DNA from: Candidatus Avamphibacillus sp.
GTDB lineage: Bacteria > Bacillota > Bacilli > Bacillales > Amphibacillaceae
DNA length: 64,000 nucleotides
Assembly: GCA_035301745.1 (NCBI GenBank)
Contig: DATGTS010000064.1
Span: forward strand, 13,317-77,316
Direction of reading: 5' to 3'
Positions 1-9,692 of the stretch are shown here, piece by piece. Position 1 is the first letter of the stretch. The number at the start of each line of letters is the position of its first letter. The notes under the pieces were generated by a model. It did no database searches. It had not been told where the DNA came from and worked only from the letters and a program-made list of their open reading frames with translations. A program made the translations under genes and the position numbers.

Positions 1-255
1 TTTTTTAAATTTCGCGATAAAATCTGGAAGTTTTGCTGAGAAAATTTCCAGACCACGTTCTTTTGCCTCTTCCTTTCCTACCTGCTTATAAATTGTTCCA
101 ACTTCAGCTCGTTCTTTATCCGAAAAGATGGGGATGTTGATACTTCCAGGAATGGTGTACTCTTGAAACTCACCCGGGGAACGGACATCTACGGTTGTGT
201 GTACTTCCTTTTCTTGCAAGTGAAGTAAATCTTCTAGATCGATATCTTGAAACAT
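1..255 (-). CDS. mnmH: tRNA 2-selenouridine synthase, N-terminal part (runs off window)
   Basis: Manual translation MFQDIDLEDLLHLQEKEVHTTVDVRSPGEFQEYTIPGSINIPIFSDKERAEVGTIYKQ has the SelU rhodanese motifs DVRSP.EF and ERAEVGT.YKQ; RBS GAGAGGTG; directly downstream of selD. Confidence 0.85.
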   Translation of the reverse strand, partial: MFQDIDLEDLLHLQEKEVHTTVDVRSPGEFQEYTIPGSINIPIFSDKERAEVGTIYKQVGKEEAKERGLEIFSAKLPDFIAKFKK

Positions 256-284
256 GTATAACACCTCTCAAATCAATGTTTCAC

Positions 285-1334
285 TTATTGAACAGTCATT
301 TTTCCTTTGTTTTCTTTTGTAACTTCTCCGATAATATGTGCATCGACCCCTTTTTCCTGTAGATCTTTCACAAAGGAGGCAGCATCATCTTTATCAACAG
401 ACATGAGTAATCCTCCAGACGTAACCGCATCACATAAAATCCATCGATCTACCTGGCTCATTTCCTCTGGGTATGTGACAATGTCCTTTAGATGATTATA
501 GTTGTTTTTGGAACCTCCAGGGATGGTTCCCTCTTCGGCTAATTCTTTTGCTCGTGGCAAAACTGGAACTTTGCTTCGAGAAATAGTTAAACCAACCTCA
601 CTACCAGCAGCCATTTCAGAGGCATGGCCTAACAGACCAAAGCCTGTCACATCTGTGGATGCATGAACTTGATAGTTATCTGCGGTTTCTGCAGCTGTTT
701 TATTTAATGTTGTCATCACTTTCGTTACATGTTCGATTTCTTCATCAGATAATAATCCTTTTTTAAGTGCGGAGGAATAAATTCCTACCCCAATCGGTTT
801 CGTTAAAATAAGTTGATCACCAGGCTTAGCCCCAGCATTCGTTTTTATTTTATCAGGATGGATGACTCCAGTAACGGCAAGGCCAAATTTCGGTTCTTCG
901 TCGTCAATCGAATGCCCGCCAACTAAAGCGATATTTGCTTCTTTTAACTTATCACCAGCTCCACGCAAAATATCAGAGAGGATACTTTTATCTAAAGAAG
1001 CAATAGGGAAAGCTACGATATTAAGTGCAGTAATTGGTTTTGCGCCCATCGCGTAAACATCACTGATCGCATTTGCTGCAGCTACTTGACCAAAGTCATA
1101 AGGATCATCCACAATGGGGGTGAAAAAGTCTACCGTTTGAACGATGGCTGTTGTATCATTTAATCGATAGACTCCAGCATCATCGCTCGTATCAAGGCCG
1201 ACAAGGAGATTTGGATTATCAACGGTTGGTGGTAAGGAATGGAGTACTTCCGTTAAATCAGCGGGACCAATTTTACAACCACAGCCTCCTTTATGGGATA
1301 GGGATGTAAGTTTAATCGCATCTTTATTTTTCAT
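285..1334 (-). CDS. selD: selenide, water dikinase (Cys form)
   Basis: GGCGCKIG, DDAGVY, DFFTPIVDDPYDFG and DVTGFGLLGH motifs; start moved to the ATG at 1334 after RBS GAAAGGTGA. Confidence 0.95.
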   Translation of the reverse strand: MKNKDAIKLTSLSHKGGCGCKIGPADLTEVLHSLPPTVDNPNLLVGLDTSDDAGVYRLNDTTAIVQTVDFFTPIVDDPYDFGQVAAANAISDVYAMGAKPITALNIVAFPIASLDKSILSDILRGAGDKLKEANIALVGGHSIDDEEPKFGLAVTGVIHPDKIKTNAGAKPGDQLILTKPIGVGIYSSALKKGLLSDEEIEHVTKVMTTLNKTAAETADNYQVHASTDVTGFGLLGHASEMAAGSEVGLTISRSKVPVLPRAKELAEEGTIPGGSKNNYNHLKDIVTYPEEMSQVDRWILCDAVTSGGLLMSVDKDDAASFVKDLQEKGVDAHIIGEVTKENKGKMTVQ

Positions 1335-1438
1335 AGAAATCACCTTTCATATGGAATGTATTTTCGTCTAAAACGAGAAGATGTATACCTAGACTAGATT
1401 AACAGGCATGACTCGGTATCTATGAAGTCATTCTTCCC

Positions 1439-2194
1439 TTATAAATCAATCTCTAACATAATCGGACAATGGTCACTGCCCATCACGTCAGGATGTGCTT
1501 CTGATTTTTTCAACAATTCCTTAAGTCGTTCGGATACGATAAAATAATCAATACGCCACCCGATATTGCGCTCGCGCACAGTCTTCATATAGGACCACCA
1601 TGTATAAATCCCCTCTGTGACAGGGTGGAAATGACGCAATGTATCGATGAAGCCTGCATCAAGCAGACGGCTCATTTTACTTCGTTCTTCTGTCGTAAAT
1701 CCAGAGTTACCGCGATTTGTTTTCGCATTTCTTAAATCGATTTCCTCATGAGCAACATTTAAATCACCACAGTAAATCACAGGTTTTTGCTCATCGAGTT
1801 CTCTTAAATACTTAAATAATTGATCTTCCCATGCGAGACGGACATCAAGTCGCGCAAGGTCACGCTGGGAATTTGGAGTGTAAACATTGACCAAATAAAA
1901 ATTTTCGTATTCTAATGTTAAAAGCCTTCCTTCTGGTTGACTATTTTTTTCCCCAAGTCCGTATCGAACGGAAAGAGGTTTTTTCTTCGTGAAAACAGCT
2001 GTACCTGAGTAGCCTTTTCGCTCGGCATAGTTCCAATATTGATAATAGCCTTCTAAGTCAAGCTCGATTTGTCCCTCCTGTAATTTTATTTCTTGCACTG
2101 AAAATATATCTGCATCTATGTCATGAAAATAATCTAAAAATCCTTTTCGAACGCAAGCTCTCAACCCATTGACGTTCCAAGAAACTAGTTTCAT
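1439..2194 (-). CDS. exoA: exodeoxyribonuclease III / AP endonuclease
   Basis: SWNVNGLRA, GDLNVAH, GWRIDYF and SDHCP motifs. Confidence 0.95.
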   Translation of the reverse strand: MKLVSWNVNGLRACVRKGFLDYFHDIDADIFSVQEIKLQEGQIELDLEGYYQYWNYAERKGYSGTAVFTKKKPLSVRYGLGEKNSQPEGRLLTLEYENFYLVNVYTPNSQRDLARLDVRLAWEDQLFKYLRELDEQKPVIYCGDLNVAHEEIDLRNAKTNRGNSGFTTEERSKMSRLLDAGFIDTLRHFHPVTEGIYTWWSYMKTVRERNIGWRIDYFIVSERLKELLKKSEAHPDVMGSDHCPIMLEIDL

Positions 2195-2315
2195 CCTTTA
2201 TTTCCCCTGTCTTTTGTTTTCGTTATCTCTTTATTCTATCACATTTTTACAGGTTTTCGTTTGGTTGAAACTTGAGTGTTTAAGATTTCCTTTTTAAAAG
2301 AATTTTTATTTTCTA

Positions 2316-2410
2316 TTGACCTAATGTGTATGATGTGTATAATACAGTCATAGAATGTATTAACCGATTAATACACTTTTTTGACTTCGGTGTATTAATT
2401 GGATAATACA
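2316..2410 (+). promoter_or_regulatory. sigmaA-like promoter with three YtrA/GntR-type palindromic operators
   Basis: TTGACC(2316)-N16-TATAAT(2338); TGTA-N12-TACA palindromes at 2327-2346, 2356-2375 (TGTATTAA-CCGA-TTAATACA) and 2391-2410. Confidence 0.8.
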
Positions 2411-2451
2411 CGTTATGAAATGAACATCAAGAAACCGTGGGAGCTGGTGGA

Positions 2452-2835
2452 ATGAACGTAAATTTTAATACCCGGGATCCGGTTTACATACAGGTAGTGC
2501 GTTATTTTAAAGAGCGTATTGCGACAGGAATGCTTGAACCGGGTCAGGAAATACCGTCAAGGAGGCAATTGGCAAATCAGTTAAAGATTAATCCAAATAC
2601 GGTGCAGAGGGCCTATAAAGAGATGGAGGAAGAAAAATTGATTTATACCGAACGAAACTTACCGAGTCGGATTACAAAGGATGAAACAGTTTTAAAAGCG
2701 GTCCGGGAAGAGTTAATTATAGAAGCGGTGGATTCTTTTATTTCCTCAATTCAATCAATCAATGTTCCTTTAGAGGAAGTGTTAGAAATGGTGAAGGATA
2801 AATATGGTAAAAAGGGGGATGGGAAAAATGATTGA
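2452..2835 (+). CDS. GntR family (YtrA subfamily) transcriptional regulator
   Basis: PVYIQV..., IPSRRQLANQLKINPNTVQRAYKEME winged HTH, short C-terminus, upstream of an ABC ATPase. Confidence 0.92.
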   Translation: MNVNFNTRDPVYIQVVRYFKERIATGMLEPGQEIPSRRQLANQLKINPNTVQRAYKEMEEEKLIYTERNLPSRITKDETVLKAVREELIIEAVDSFISSIQSINVPLEEVLEMVKDKYGKKGDGKND

Positions 2836-3517
2836 AGTAAAAGAAATAGAAAAAAAGTTTGGCAGAAAGAAAGTGTTAAACGGTGTATCGTTTACTGCGA
2901 ATAAAGGTGAAGTGACCTGTTTAATTGGCATCAATGGAGCTGGAAAAACGACCATTCTTAATGCCATTATGAAACTAACACCTGTCAATCATGGACAGAT
3001 TTTATTGGATGGAAAAGAAGTAACGAAAGATAGTTATGAAAAAATTACATTTATACCCGATACGATTACGATGCTTCCTGGAATGCGTATTTGTGACGCG
3101 ATGCAGTTTATGGATGATTTTTTTGAAAGTTGGAATGAGAAACGTGCCAAGGAGATGCTGACATTTTTTAAATTAAATGAGAACGATAAAATTGCCAGTC
3201 TTTCTAAGGGGAATACAGCAAAAGTCAATTTAATGCTTGGATTGGCACTTGATGTTGATTATGTATTGATGGATGAGCCTTTTTCTGGAATTGATATTTT
3301 CAGTCGAGAACAGATTACTGACGTGTTTACAAGTCATCTTATCGAAGACCGTGGGGTTATCATCACGACACACGAAATCAATGATATTGAACATTTGATT
3401 GATAAAGCAATTTTTCTTGATGACGGAAAAGTTGTGAAAGAATTCAATGCAGAAGAGATTCGTGAAAAGGAAGGAAAATCAATTATTGATGTCATGAGAG
3501 AGGTGTACAGGGTATGA
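2828..3517 (+). CDS. ABC transporter ATP-binding protein
   Basis: Walker A GINGAGKT, LSKG signature variant, Walker B VLMDEP. Confidence 0.93.
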   Translation: MIEVKEIEKKFGRKKVLNGVSFTANKGEVTCLIGINGAGKTTILNAIMKLTPVNHGQILLDGKEVTKDSYEKITFIPDTITMLPGMRICDAMQFMDDFFESWNEKRAKEMLTFFKLNENDKIASLSKGNTAKVNLMLGLALDVDYVLMDEPFSGIDIFSREQITDVFTSHLIEDRGVIITTHEINDIEHLIDKAIFLDDGKVVKEFNAEEIREKEGKSIIDVMREVYRV

Positions 3518-4347
3518 AAAACTATCTTAAATTGGTTAACTTCGAATTCAATCGTTTCTTGAAAATATATCTTGTCCTTCTTGGAATTACGATTGTATCG
3601 CAAATTGCGGGCGTCATTATAACATCCAAAAGCTATTTAAACCAAGCGAATGAAATGATGCATGAGGAAGGGATGTCATTAGCGAGTTTCCTTGAACAGT
3701 TTGGAAAGATGTCTTTTTCACAAATCGGTGCGTCTTTATGGTTTATTGCACCAATTGCGATTAGTATCGTTACCCTAATCATTTACGTGTTTTTTATCTG
3801 GTATCGAGACTGGTTTGCGAAAAATACATTTATTTACCGCTTGTTGACAATACCTACAGCACGATTAAACGTTTATTTGGCTAAAGCAACGACTATTTTT
3901 CTGATGGTTCTTGGGCTCGTTGCCCTGCAGATCGTATTATTACCAGTCGAAAGTACAATCATGGAGTGGATGGTGCCAGTAGACCTAAGACTTGATTTAA
4001 CACTTACTGAGGTTATGAATCAACTTTATGTGTTAGCGATCATTATTCCAAATACATTAGTCCAATTTATCAGAGCTTATTTATTTGGTTTTATGGCAGT
4101 TTTCGTTCTGTTTACGATTATTTTGATGGAGCGGAGCTGGAAGTGGAAAGGGGTTATATTAGGGATTTTATATGGTGTGCTAGCTTTTGTTATAGCTATT
4201 TTACCTTGGGTTTTACAATTCTTTATTTTAACTGATTATTTCTATCCAATAGAGATATACTTTTTACAGATAGTGGCTGCGTTGGTCGTTTCCAGCGGTA
4301 CGGTTTGGATAGGACATTTACTGCTTAAAAATAAAGTAACGGTGTAA
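3514..4347 (+). CDS. ABC-2 type permease / membrane protein
   Basis: About six hydrophobic segments; ATGA overlap with the ATPase gene. Confidence 0.8.
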   Translation: MKNYLKLVNFEFNRFLKIYLVLLGITIVSQIAGVIITSKSYLNQANEMMHEEGMSLASFLEQFGKMSFSQIGASLWFIAPIAISIVTLIIYVFFIWYRDWFAKNTFIYRLLTIPTARLNVYLAKATTIFLMVLGLVALQIVLLPVESTIMEWMVPVDLRLDLTLTEVMNQLYVLAIIIPNTLVQFIRAYLFGFMAVFVLFTIILMERSWKWKGVILGILYGVLAFVIAILPWVLQFFILTDYFYPIEIYFLQIVAALVVSSGTVWIGHLLLKNKVTV

Positions 4348-4363
4348 GAGGGAGGAAAAATGA

Positions 4364-5599
4364 ATGAAACGCTACTGGAAATTAAGTACGTTGACGGTGT
4401 TTATTGTTGTTGTTTTGACAGGTTTTTTTATTCAATCAAGTTTTGCCTTTTCAAATTATCCTGAATTTATCCTGAAGCACCAAAGTGGGGATGAAAAGCT
4501 AGGCAGCAAGATTGAGGTGGAAGGAAATTATAGTGATCATTCCGATAGCTTTGGGAACAGTCTAAGTATTGATGAAGAGGGAACGACTTATTTGCAGACA
4601 ACTTATCTATCTCAGTTACAGAATCCATTTTTGGGACCTGAAATAAAGCAACTGCAGAAAAAGTATAAAAGTTTTATGCGAGGAAAATCTGATTATATTG
4701 GAAATTACTACGAAAATAAGGATACCCTTGCTTACGTCAATATTGAAACAGATACAAATTTTACTGGATATGCTATTACAGATCAGTATTTTGATATTGA
4801 AGTTTTAGACAAAGAAACTGGGGATAGACAGGCATTTCAATTGGAACTACCAGACAGAAAATACATCAATTTTTCAGATGTCAGAGGTGTTACTCTTCAT
4901 GGAGATGAATTAAAAATAATTACAAATTTATCATTTTATGATGAATCGGGTTTGGATAAAGAGGAGATGCACGTGTTTAGTATTGATGTGATTGAACGGG
5001 AAATATTGGATGATGAATGGATAGTTACGAATGAAGAAGACATGAATCAGGAATACGATGTGTGGACAGATATTGAACCTGTTCCGTGGGAACTCCAGCA
5101 GAATCCTGAGTACTTTGTGTTTATCAAGAGTACACACAAAAATATCGAGCGTGATGATGGACATTACGAAAGTGAAATGTTGGAAAATGAGTATATTGTC
5201 TATCATATTGCGTCAGGAGAGCATGAAGGTTTTGAATTACCTGATGAATGGAAGGATGATAACACTTTGTTACATTCCTGGATAGAGGGAGAGCATCTAC
5301 TGTTTTATGAAATAGACAATAATGAATTAAAGCTATATGATTATAACCTTTCCAGTCAACAATTTGATGATAAAAAACATTTTGATTTACCAGAAGGAGC
5401 AACAGAAGAGGCCTACGTTACAATCCAGGATGATAAAGTTATTGTCGCTAATCGGTACCATCAAGGTTCAACAAGTTCAGCCATCATTATTTATGATTAT
5501 GATTCGGAAGATAAACTGTATGAGGGGATCATTGATATCGAGGGGAATGAACCAACAGCCAATGATGAGTTAATCATCCATGATGTGCAATTCCAGTGA
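4364..5599 (+). CDS. membrane-anchored extracytoplasmic hypothetical protein (acidic)
   Basis: RBS GGAGG, N-terminal signal/TM segment, long ORF in the operon. Confidence 0.75.
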   Translation: MKRYWKLSTLTVFIVVVLTGFFIQSSFAFSNYPEFILKHQSGDEKLGSKIEVEGNYSDHSDSFGNSLSIDEEGTTYLQTTYLSQLQNPFLGPEIKQLQKKYKSFMRGKSDYIGNYYENKDTLAYVNIETDTNFTGYAITDQYFDIEVLDKETGDRQAFQLELPDRKYINFSDVRGVTLHGDELKIITNLSFYDESGLDKEEMHVFSIDVIEREILDDEWIVTNEEDMNQEYDVWTDIEPVPWELQQNPEYFVFIKSTHKNIERDDGHYESEMLENEYIVYHIASGEHEGFELPDEWKDDNTLLHSWIEGEHLLFYEIDNNELKLYDYNLSSQQFDDKKHFDLPEGATEEAYVTIQDDKVIVANRYHQGSTSSAIIIYDYDSEDKLYEGIIDIEGNEPTANDELIIHDVQFQ

Positions 5600-5633
5600 A
5601 TGAATAAATATTGATTGTGTGGAGGAATTCACT

Positions 5634-6050
5634 TTGAAAAGCCAAATAGTGTACACTATGTTTATCATTTGCCTCATTCCCTTGGTCAGCTGTCAAAATC
5701 AACCTGAACAAATGTCTGTCTTAGACAATATTGAGGAGATTTCCGTTTCTGAATCGGAAGGTTATGGTGGAGTGAACGAGGACTTTTTTGCAGTTTTAAA
5801 AGACGATGATGTAACTTCAGCATTTGAAGAAATGATGTATGATGCTAAAGGGAGAAAAGTAGAAAATAGAAAGGCACCTGATTTTGATCTGCTTATTCAA
5901 TATGAAGATGGGAGTAGCCACCTTTTACACTTAATCCTAGGTGAAAAAGGAGAAAAAAGTTCATTGAATTATGTTGGTCATGATGGTATGGCTTATTTCA
6001 TGGATGCTGAGAAAACAGATTTGTTAAGAAAATGGATATATAAAAACTAA
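5634..6050 (+). CDS. putative lipoprotein
   Basis: RBS GGAGGA before TTG; hydrophobic stretch ending in LVSC. Confidence 0.65.
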   Translation: MKSQIVYTMFIICLIPLVSCQNQPEQMSVLDNIEEISVSESEGYGGVNEDFFAVLKDDDVTSAFEEMMYDAKGRKVENRKAPDFDLLIQYEDGSSHLLHLILGEKGEKSSLNYVGHDGMAYFMDAEKTDLLRKWIYKN

Positions 6051-6084
6051 AGACTTTACTTCATTAGTGAAGTCTTTAGTTTTT
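6042..6084. terminator. bidirectional intrinsic terminator
   Basis: AAAAACTAAAGACTT...AAGTCTTTAGTTTTT hairpin between convergent genes. Confidence 0.8.
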
Positions 6085-6095
6085 GAAATAAATTT

Positions 6096-6431
6096 TTAAC
6101 GAACCACATTTTCGTATATTTTACTAATTTTTTCATCAAACTTATCCATATGAACAATCCGTGCTTCTCTCACATATTCTTTTCCGTCAACAAACAGTAG
6201 TAGAACAGGAACGGTGAATATGGAGAAACGACCGGCAACTTCTTTAACTTCTTCTGCATTTACATGTCCAAGGTGTATCTTGGGGTATCTTTCCATTAAG
6301 GTTTGAACTTGTGGCAATAATCCGTGACAAACACTACAATTAGGTCGCGAAATATACAAAAAGGACAGTTCATGTTGCTGAATAAATTGTTCAATGTCCT
6401 TCATCGTTGTTAGTTGTTTAAATTCCCTCAT
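6096..6431 (-). CDS. thioredoxin family protein
   Basis: CSVC motif and TVP cis-Pro loop, about 110 aa. Confidence 0.85.
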   Translation of the reverse strand: MREFKQLTTMKDIEQFIQQHELSFLYISRPNCSVCHGLLPQVQTLMERYPKIHLGHVNAEEVKEVAGRFSIFTVPVLLLFVDGKEYVREARIVHMDKFDEKISKIYENVVR

Positions 6432-6560
6432 TTGTCGACACTCCAATCTTCCCTATAGTTTATCATTTTGGATGAAATCATACACATGTATTGTTTATCG
6501 TTTGTTGAAATATGAAAATAATGATTGAATAACGTATAAATTGGACTAAAAAGGTCTAAG

Positions 6561-7640
6561 TTATTTCTTATTTACTTTCCTTTCTAATAAAAATTTATTA
6601 AATAAAACTAATTTATCTCCTGGACGGTATTTTCTTGCCTGCTCGTTATGCTCATACGCTTTCTCGAATTCTTGCAAATTATAATAACAGATGGCTAACT
6701 GTAATTGAGGATACCATGTGGCGTAAGCGGGATAGGTAAAGCTCCATTTATTTGGGTCTTCTTCCACTGTTGTGGCTAAATGGTACCAAAATAAAGCAAT
6801 TTCAAAATTTCTTTTTTGCTGGAAGTGAAAGCCAAGTCTGCTGCATGCTTCGGCCCGAGGTGTTTTTGAAAATTTAAATGAAGCAAATAAAGAGTAAAGT
6901 TCATCTTCTACTCGATCTAATAAACGATAACAGTCTGCTCGAAAAATGCAGGCATATACTTTATCCTCAACCCATCCGTCACTGAGTGCAATATTCTTTG
7001 TATAGCTTTCAATCGCTTGGACGTAATGACCATTTTCACGAAGTTCATTACCATAATAAAAATAATCTCTTGGTGTAAATTCATCCCCATTTTCAATTTT
7101 TTTCCGGTAAATATTTAAGTTTCTTCCGGTAGAATGCTTTGTTTTCTTATGTGTAATGGCAACATCGGAATTCACAATATGTCCTGTCACTTCAAGATAA
7201 TTATGGCAGTCCCCTTTCCATTTAAACTCACGGCTTCTTTTGACAAGGCGATTTCTGCGATATGTTAACGTGACATTACCAAATTCATCAATTCCTGCAT
7301 TGTAAAACATCGAAACAGAATCGATGGAAGGATCCAATGTTTCTTTTACTTTCATAAATTTTTCCTGATCTTCTTCAAGAAGCACATCATCAGCATCTAA
7401 ATATAAGATATAATCTTTCGTTGCATGTTTAAAAGATTCATTTCTCGCGTCCTTAAATTTCCCCGTCCACTCAAAATAAAAAACACGGTCTGTATATTTT
7501 TTAGCAATTTCAATGGTCCTGTCAGTTGAACCTGTATCGATAATATTAATTTCGTCTACTAGATTTTTTATAGAATCTAGACATCTTTCTAAAACATCTT
7601 CCTCATTTTTAACGATCATGCATAAACTAATCGTCATCAT
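6561..7640 (-). CDS. glycosyltransferase family 2 with TPR repeats
   Basis: ISLCMIVKNEE, DTGSTD, ARN and LDADD motifs; TPR-like C-terminal half. Confidence 0.92.
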   Translation of the reverse strand: MMTISLCMIVKNEEDVLERCLDSIKNLVDEINIIDTGSTDRTIEIAKKYTDRVFYFEWTGKFKDARNESFKHATKDYILYLDADDVLLEEDQEKFMKVKETLDPSIDSVSMFYNAGIDEFGNVTLTYRRNRLVKRSREFKWKGDCHNYLEVTGHIVNSDVAITHKKTKHSTGRNLNIYRKKIENGDEFTPRDYFYYGNELRENGHYVQAIESYTKNIALSDGWVEDKVYACIFRADCYRLLDRVEDELYSLFASFKFSKTPRAEACSRLGFHFQQKRNFEIALFWYHLATTVEEDPNKWSFTYPAYATWYPQLQLAICYYNLQEFEKAYEHNEQARKYRPGDKLVLFNKFLLERKVNKK

Positions 7641-7696
7641 TATTTTTCTCCTCCTTCATACTTTATTATGGTTATAACAGTGAAAGATGATAGATG

Positions 7697-7729
7697 AAAA
7701 GAAGATACCCGCTATGAGAGTATCTTCTT
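7697..7729 (-). terminator. intrinsic terminator
   Basis: AAGAAGATAC...GTATCTTCTT stem followed by a U-run on the minus strand. Confidence 0.6.
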
Positions 7730-7980
7730 ATAAGCAAGGCCTTAAGCAGCAGGGTCACCTCAGGAAGATGTTAGGAGAGAGACCTTGAATTTGTTATAGT
7801 TCCTGAGGTGTGGTAGGAGAGATTTTGACTATAGCAAAAGAGAAACGTTGGCAGGGTACAAATGTGAATCCCAGTTAATGAGGGTTGAACGGTCTAAAAG
7901 AAGTTACCAAGAATCTAAAGGCATCATTGTTATTTCCTGGATTGTCGGATGTTGATTACGGATTATTGAAAGATGTTAGC

Positions 7981-8502
7981 TTAGAACATTGTTCCAGTAG
8001 GACCAGTTGGCCCTGGGGCTAGTGTAGTTGTAGCTTCTAAAAAGGAGACATCATCGACCATCACACTTGAATCCAGCAGACCGCCCATTGGTTTGATAAT
8101 TTCTACTCTAGCTTGGGTGGCGGTATCTGGTGCCATATTCGTTGTATGGTATACTTCTTGCCATGAATTGAATACGGCATTTGGAAGCGTGCTACTAGAA
8201 ATCTGTACATTTAATCCAGATCCTACTTCGGCATTATTCATATCTAAAAATGTGACACGGACAAAGATATCTGGACTAGAGAAGAATCCATATTTTGCAA
8301 GAGATACGATTAGTTGGTAACTTTCTCCGCCATCAACTGGTACGGTTTGTGACAGATTAGCAGAACCAGGTCCAGCGTTGAGATATGCCGCATATCTTCC
8401 TGAATGAGGATTAAACCCGGTGATCCCTGCATTTGTCGCATCCCAGTTCATTAATGTTCCGGCTTCAAACCCCCCATTAGTTATTAAATCATCAATTGCC
8501 AT
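7981..8502 (-). CDS. NTTRR-F1 domain protein with only a vestigial collagen-like tract (possibly truncated)
   Basis: N-terminus LITNGGFEAG...HSG...VDDVS is typical of domains preceding Bacillus collagen-like repeats; ends PGPTGPTGTMF*. Confidence 0.7.
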   Translation of the reverse strand: MAIDDLITNGGFEAGTLMNWDATNAGITGFNPHSGRYAAYLNAGPGSANLSQTVPVDGGESYQLIVSLAKYGFFSSPDIFVRVTFLDMNNAEVGSGLNVQISSSTLPNAVFNSWQEVYHTTNMAPDTATQARVEIIKPMGGLLDSSVMVDDVSFLEATTTLAPGPTGPTGTMF

Positions 8503-8561
8503 GATTTATTCCTCCTTTGAATATAGTAAGTTCAGATATCTATTAATTTCTGAACTCACTA

Positions 8562-8590
8562 TATTCTATGGAATACTTGAAACTGTTGTA
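8562..8590 (-). promoter_or_regulatory. sigmaK-like promoter
   Basis: Minus strand TACA-N16-CATAGAATA fits the mACm-N16/17-CATAnnnTA consensus. Confidence 0.6.
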
Positions 8591-8668
8591 CAGGCAAAGT
8601 ATCTAGCACGGAAACACATTTATCAAGCATGATAGTTGGAAATACTAGAGTTATTCTCCCTTAATAGA

Positions 8669-9658
8669 TTAGTGTTTATATAATTGCTTTTCTATTACCC
8701 TAATAAGTTGTTTTGCTCGATGTTGGTTCGTATGGTTCTTATGGATAAACTTGTAAGCATTTTCTGTAACTTTCTCCCTCTCTTTTGAATGCTTGAGATA
8801 GTATTTTGCCTTTTTGAGGAAATTTTCCGTTGTGCAAGCGATATAGTTTTCCCCATCTTTGAAACCTAAATCATCTATATCTTTATTTCGTTCAGCAAGT
8901 AGAAGAGTCTTACACGCTGGTGCTTCAAAAAATTTCAGAACAGCCACACCTCCTGTTTTGCTGCGGCTGCCACATGTGAAAAATATTTTTGATTGGTTTA
9001 ATTCTTTTGCATATCGATCATTGACAAACGAACTAATTGAAGTCCGGTGACCAGGATGGGGATGGAACATAAAACCGGGTTCATTTTTCATTTTCTTAAA
9101 AACGGTATCCCTAAATAGATAGCGTCCTTTTGGAGGGATTTTCTTTGGCAAAGGAAATCTACCTTGATTTTTTTTATCCACATAAGTTAAGCCCATGAGC
9201 AAATAATCAATACTTTTTTCAAGCCTCCAGTCTTTCATCACCTTTGGATTAATCGCCCATGGTAACCAGCTCATTTTCTCTTTGAATTGTGGAAAGACGT
9301 TTAAAAATGGGTTTTTCGTTGCGGAAAAGATGAGGTCAATTTTGTTTTTCTTGAAATACTTTATTCTTTGTTCTGGTTCCCAGTGTAAGTCGATGACATA
9401 ACAGCCCTTTAAAATATCAATATCTTCCAAACCGTGAACATTTGGTGCCAAACTATAGTTCCAGGAGATATCATAATGAAAAATAAAATCAGGTTTTATC
9501 TTTAACTGTTTTAAAATATTTTGGATATGACCGTTTTTATACCAATAATAGACATCCGCATACTCTTCAAGTGCCTTTATCATATCCATTTTTGGTTGAT
9601 GATTAGGAAATCGCCAAAAAGGTTTGATTAATACTAAAATCTTTAATCTTCTTCCCAT
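8669..9658 (-). CDS. CgeB-like spore maturation glycosyltransferase (Glyco_trans_1_2 type)
   Basis: C-terminal YAKELNQSKIFF..KFFEAPACKTLLL..GFKDGENY..HTNQHRA pattern; RBS GAAGGTGG before ATG 9658. Confidence 0.75.
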   Translation of the reverse strand: MGRRLKILVLIKPFWRFPNHQPKMDMIKALEEYADVYYWYKNGHIQNILKQLKIKPDFIFHYDISWNYSLAPNVHGLEDIDILKGCYVIDLHWEPEQRIKYFKKNKIDLIFSATKNPFLNVFPQFKEKMSWLPWAINPKVMKDWRLEKSIDYLLMGLTYVDKKNQGRFPLPKKIPPKGRYLFRDTVFKKMKNEPGFMFHPHPGHRTSISSFVNDRYAKELNQSKIFFTCGSRSKTGGVAVLKFFEAPACKTLLLAERNKDIDDLGFKDGENYIACTTENFLKKAKYYLKHSKEREKVTENAYKFIHKNHTNQHRAKQLIRVIEKQLYKH

Positions 9659-9692
9659 TAAAAAACCACCTTCCTTCACAAATACATTATCG

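Noticed and set aside
285-1334. Selenocysteine recoding in selD
   Set aside because: The active-site codon is Cys (GGCGCK) with no in-frame TGA
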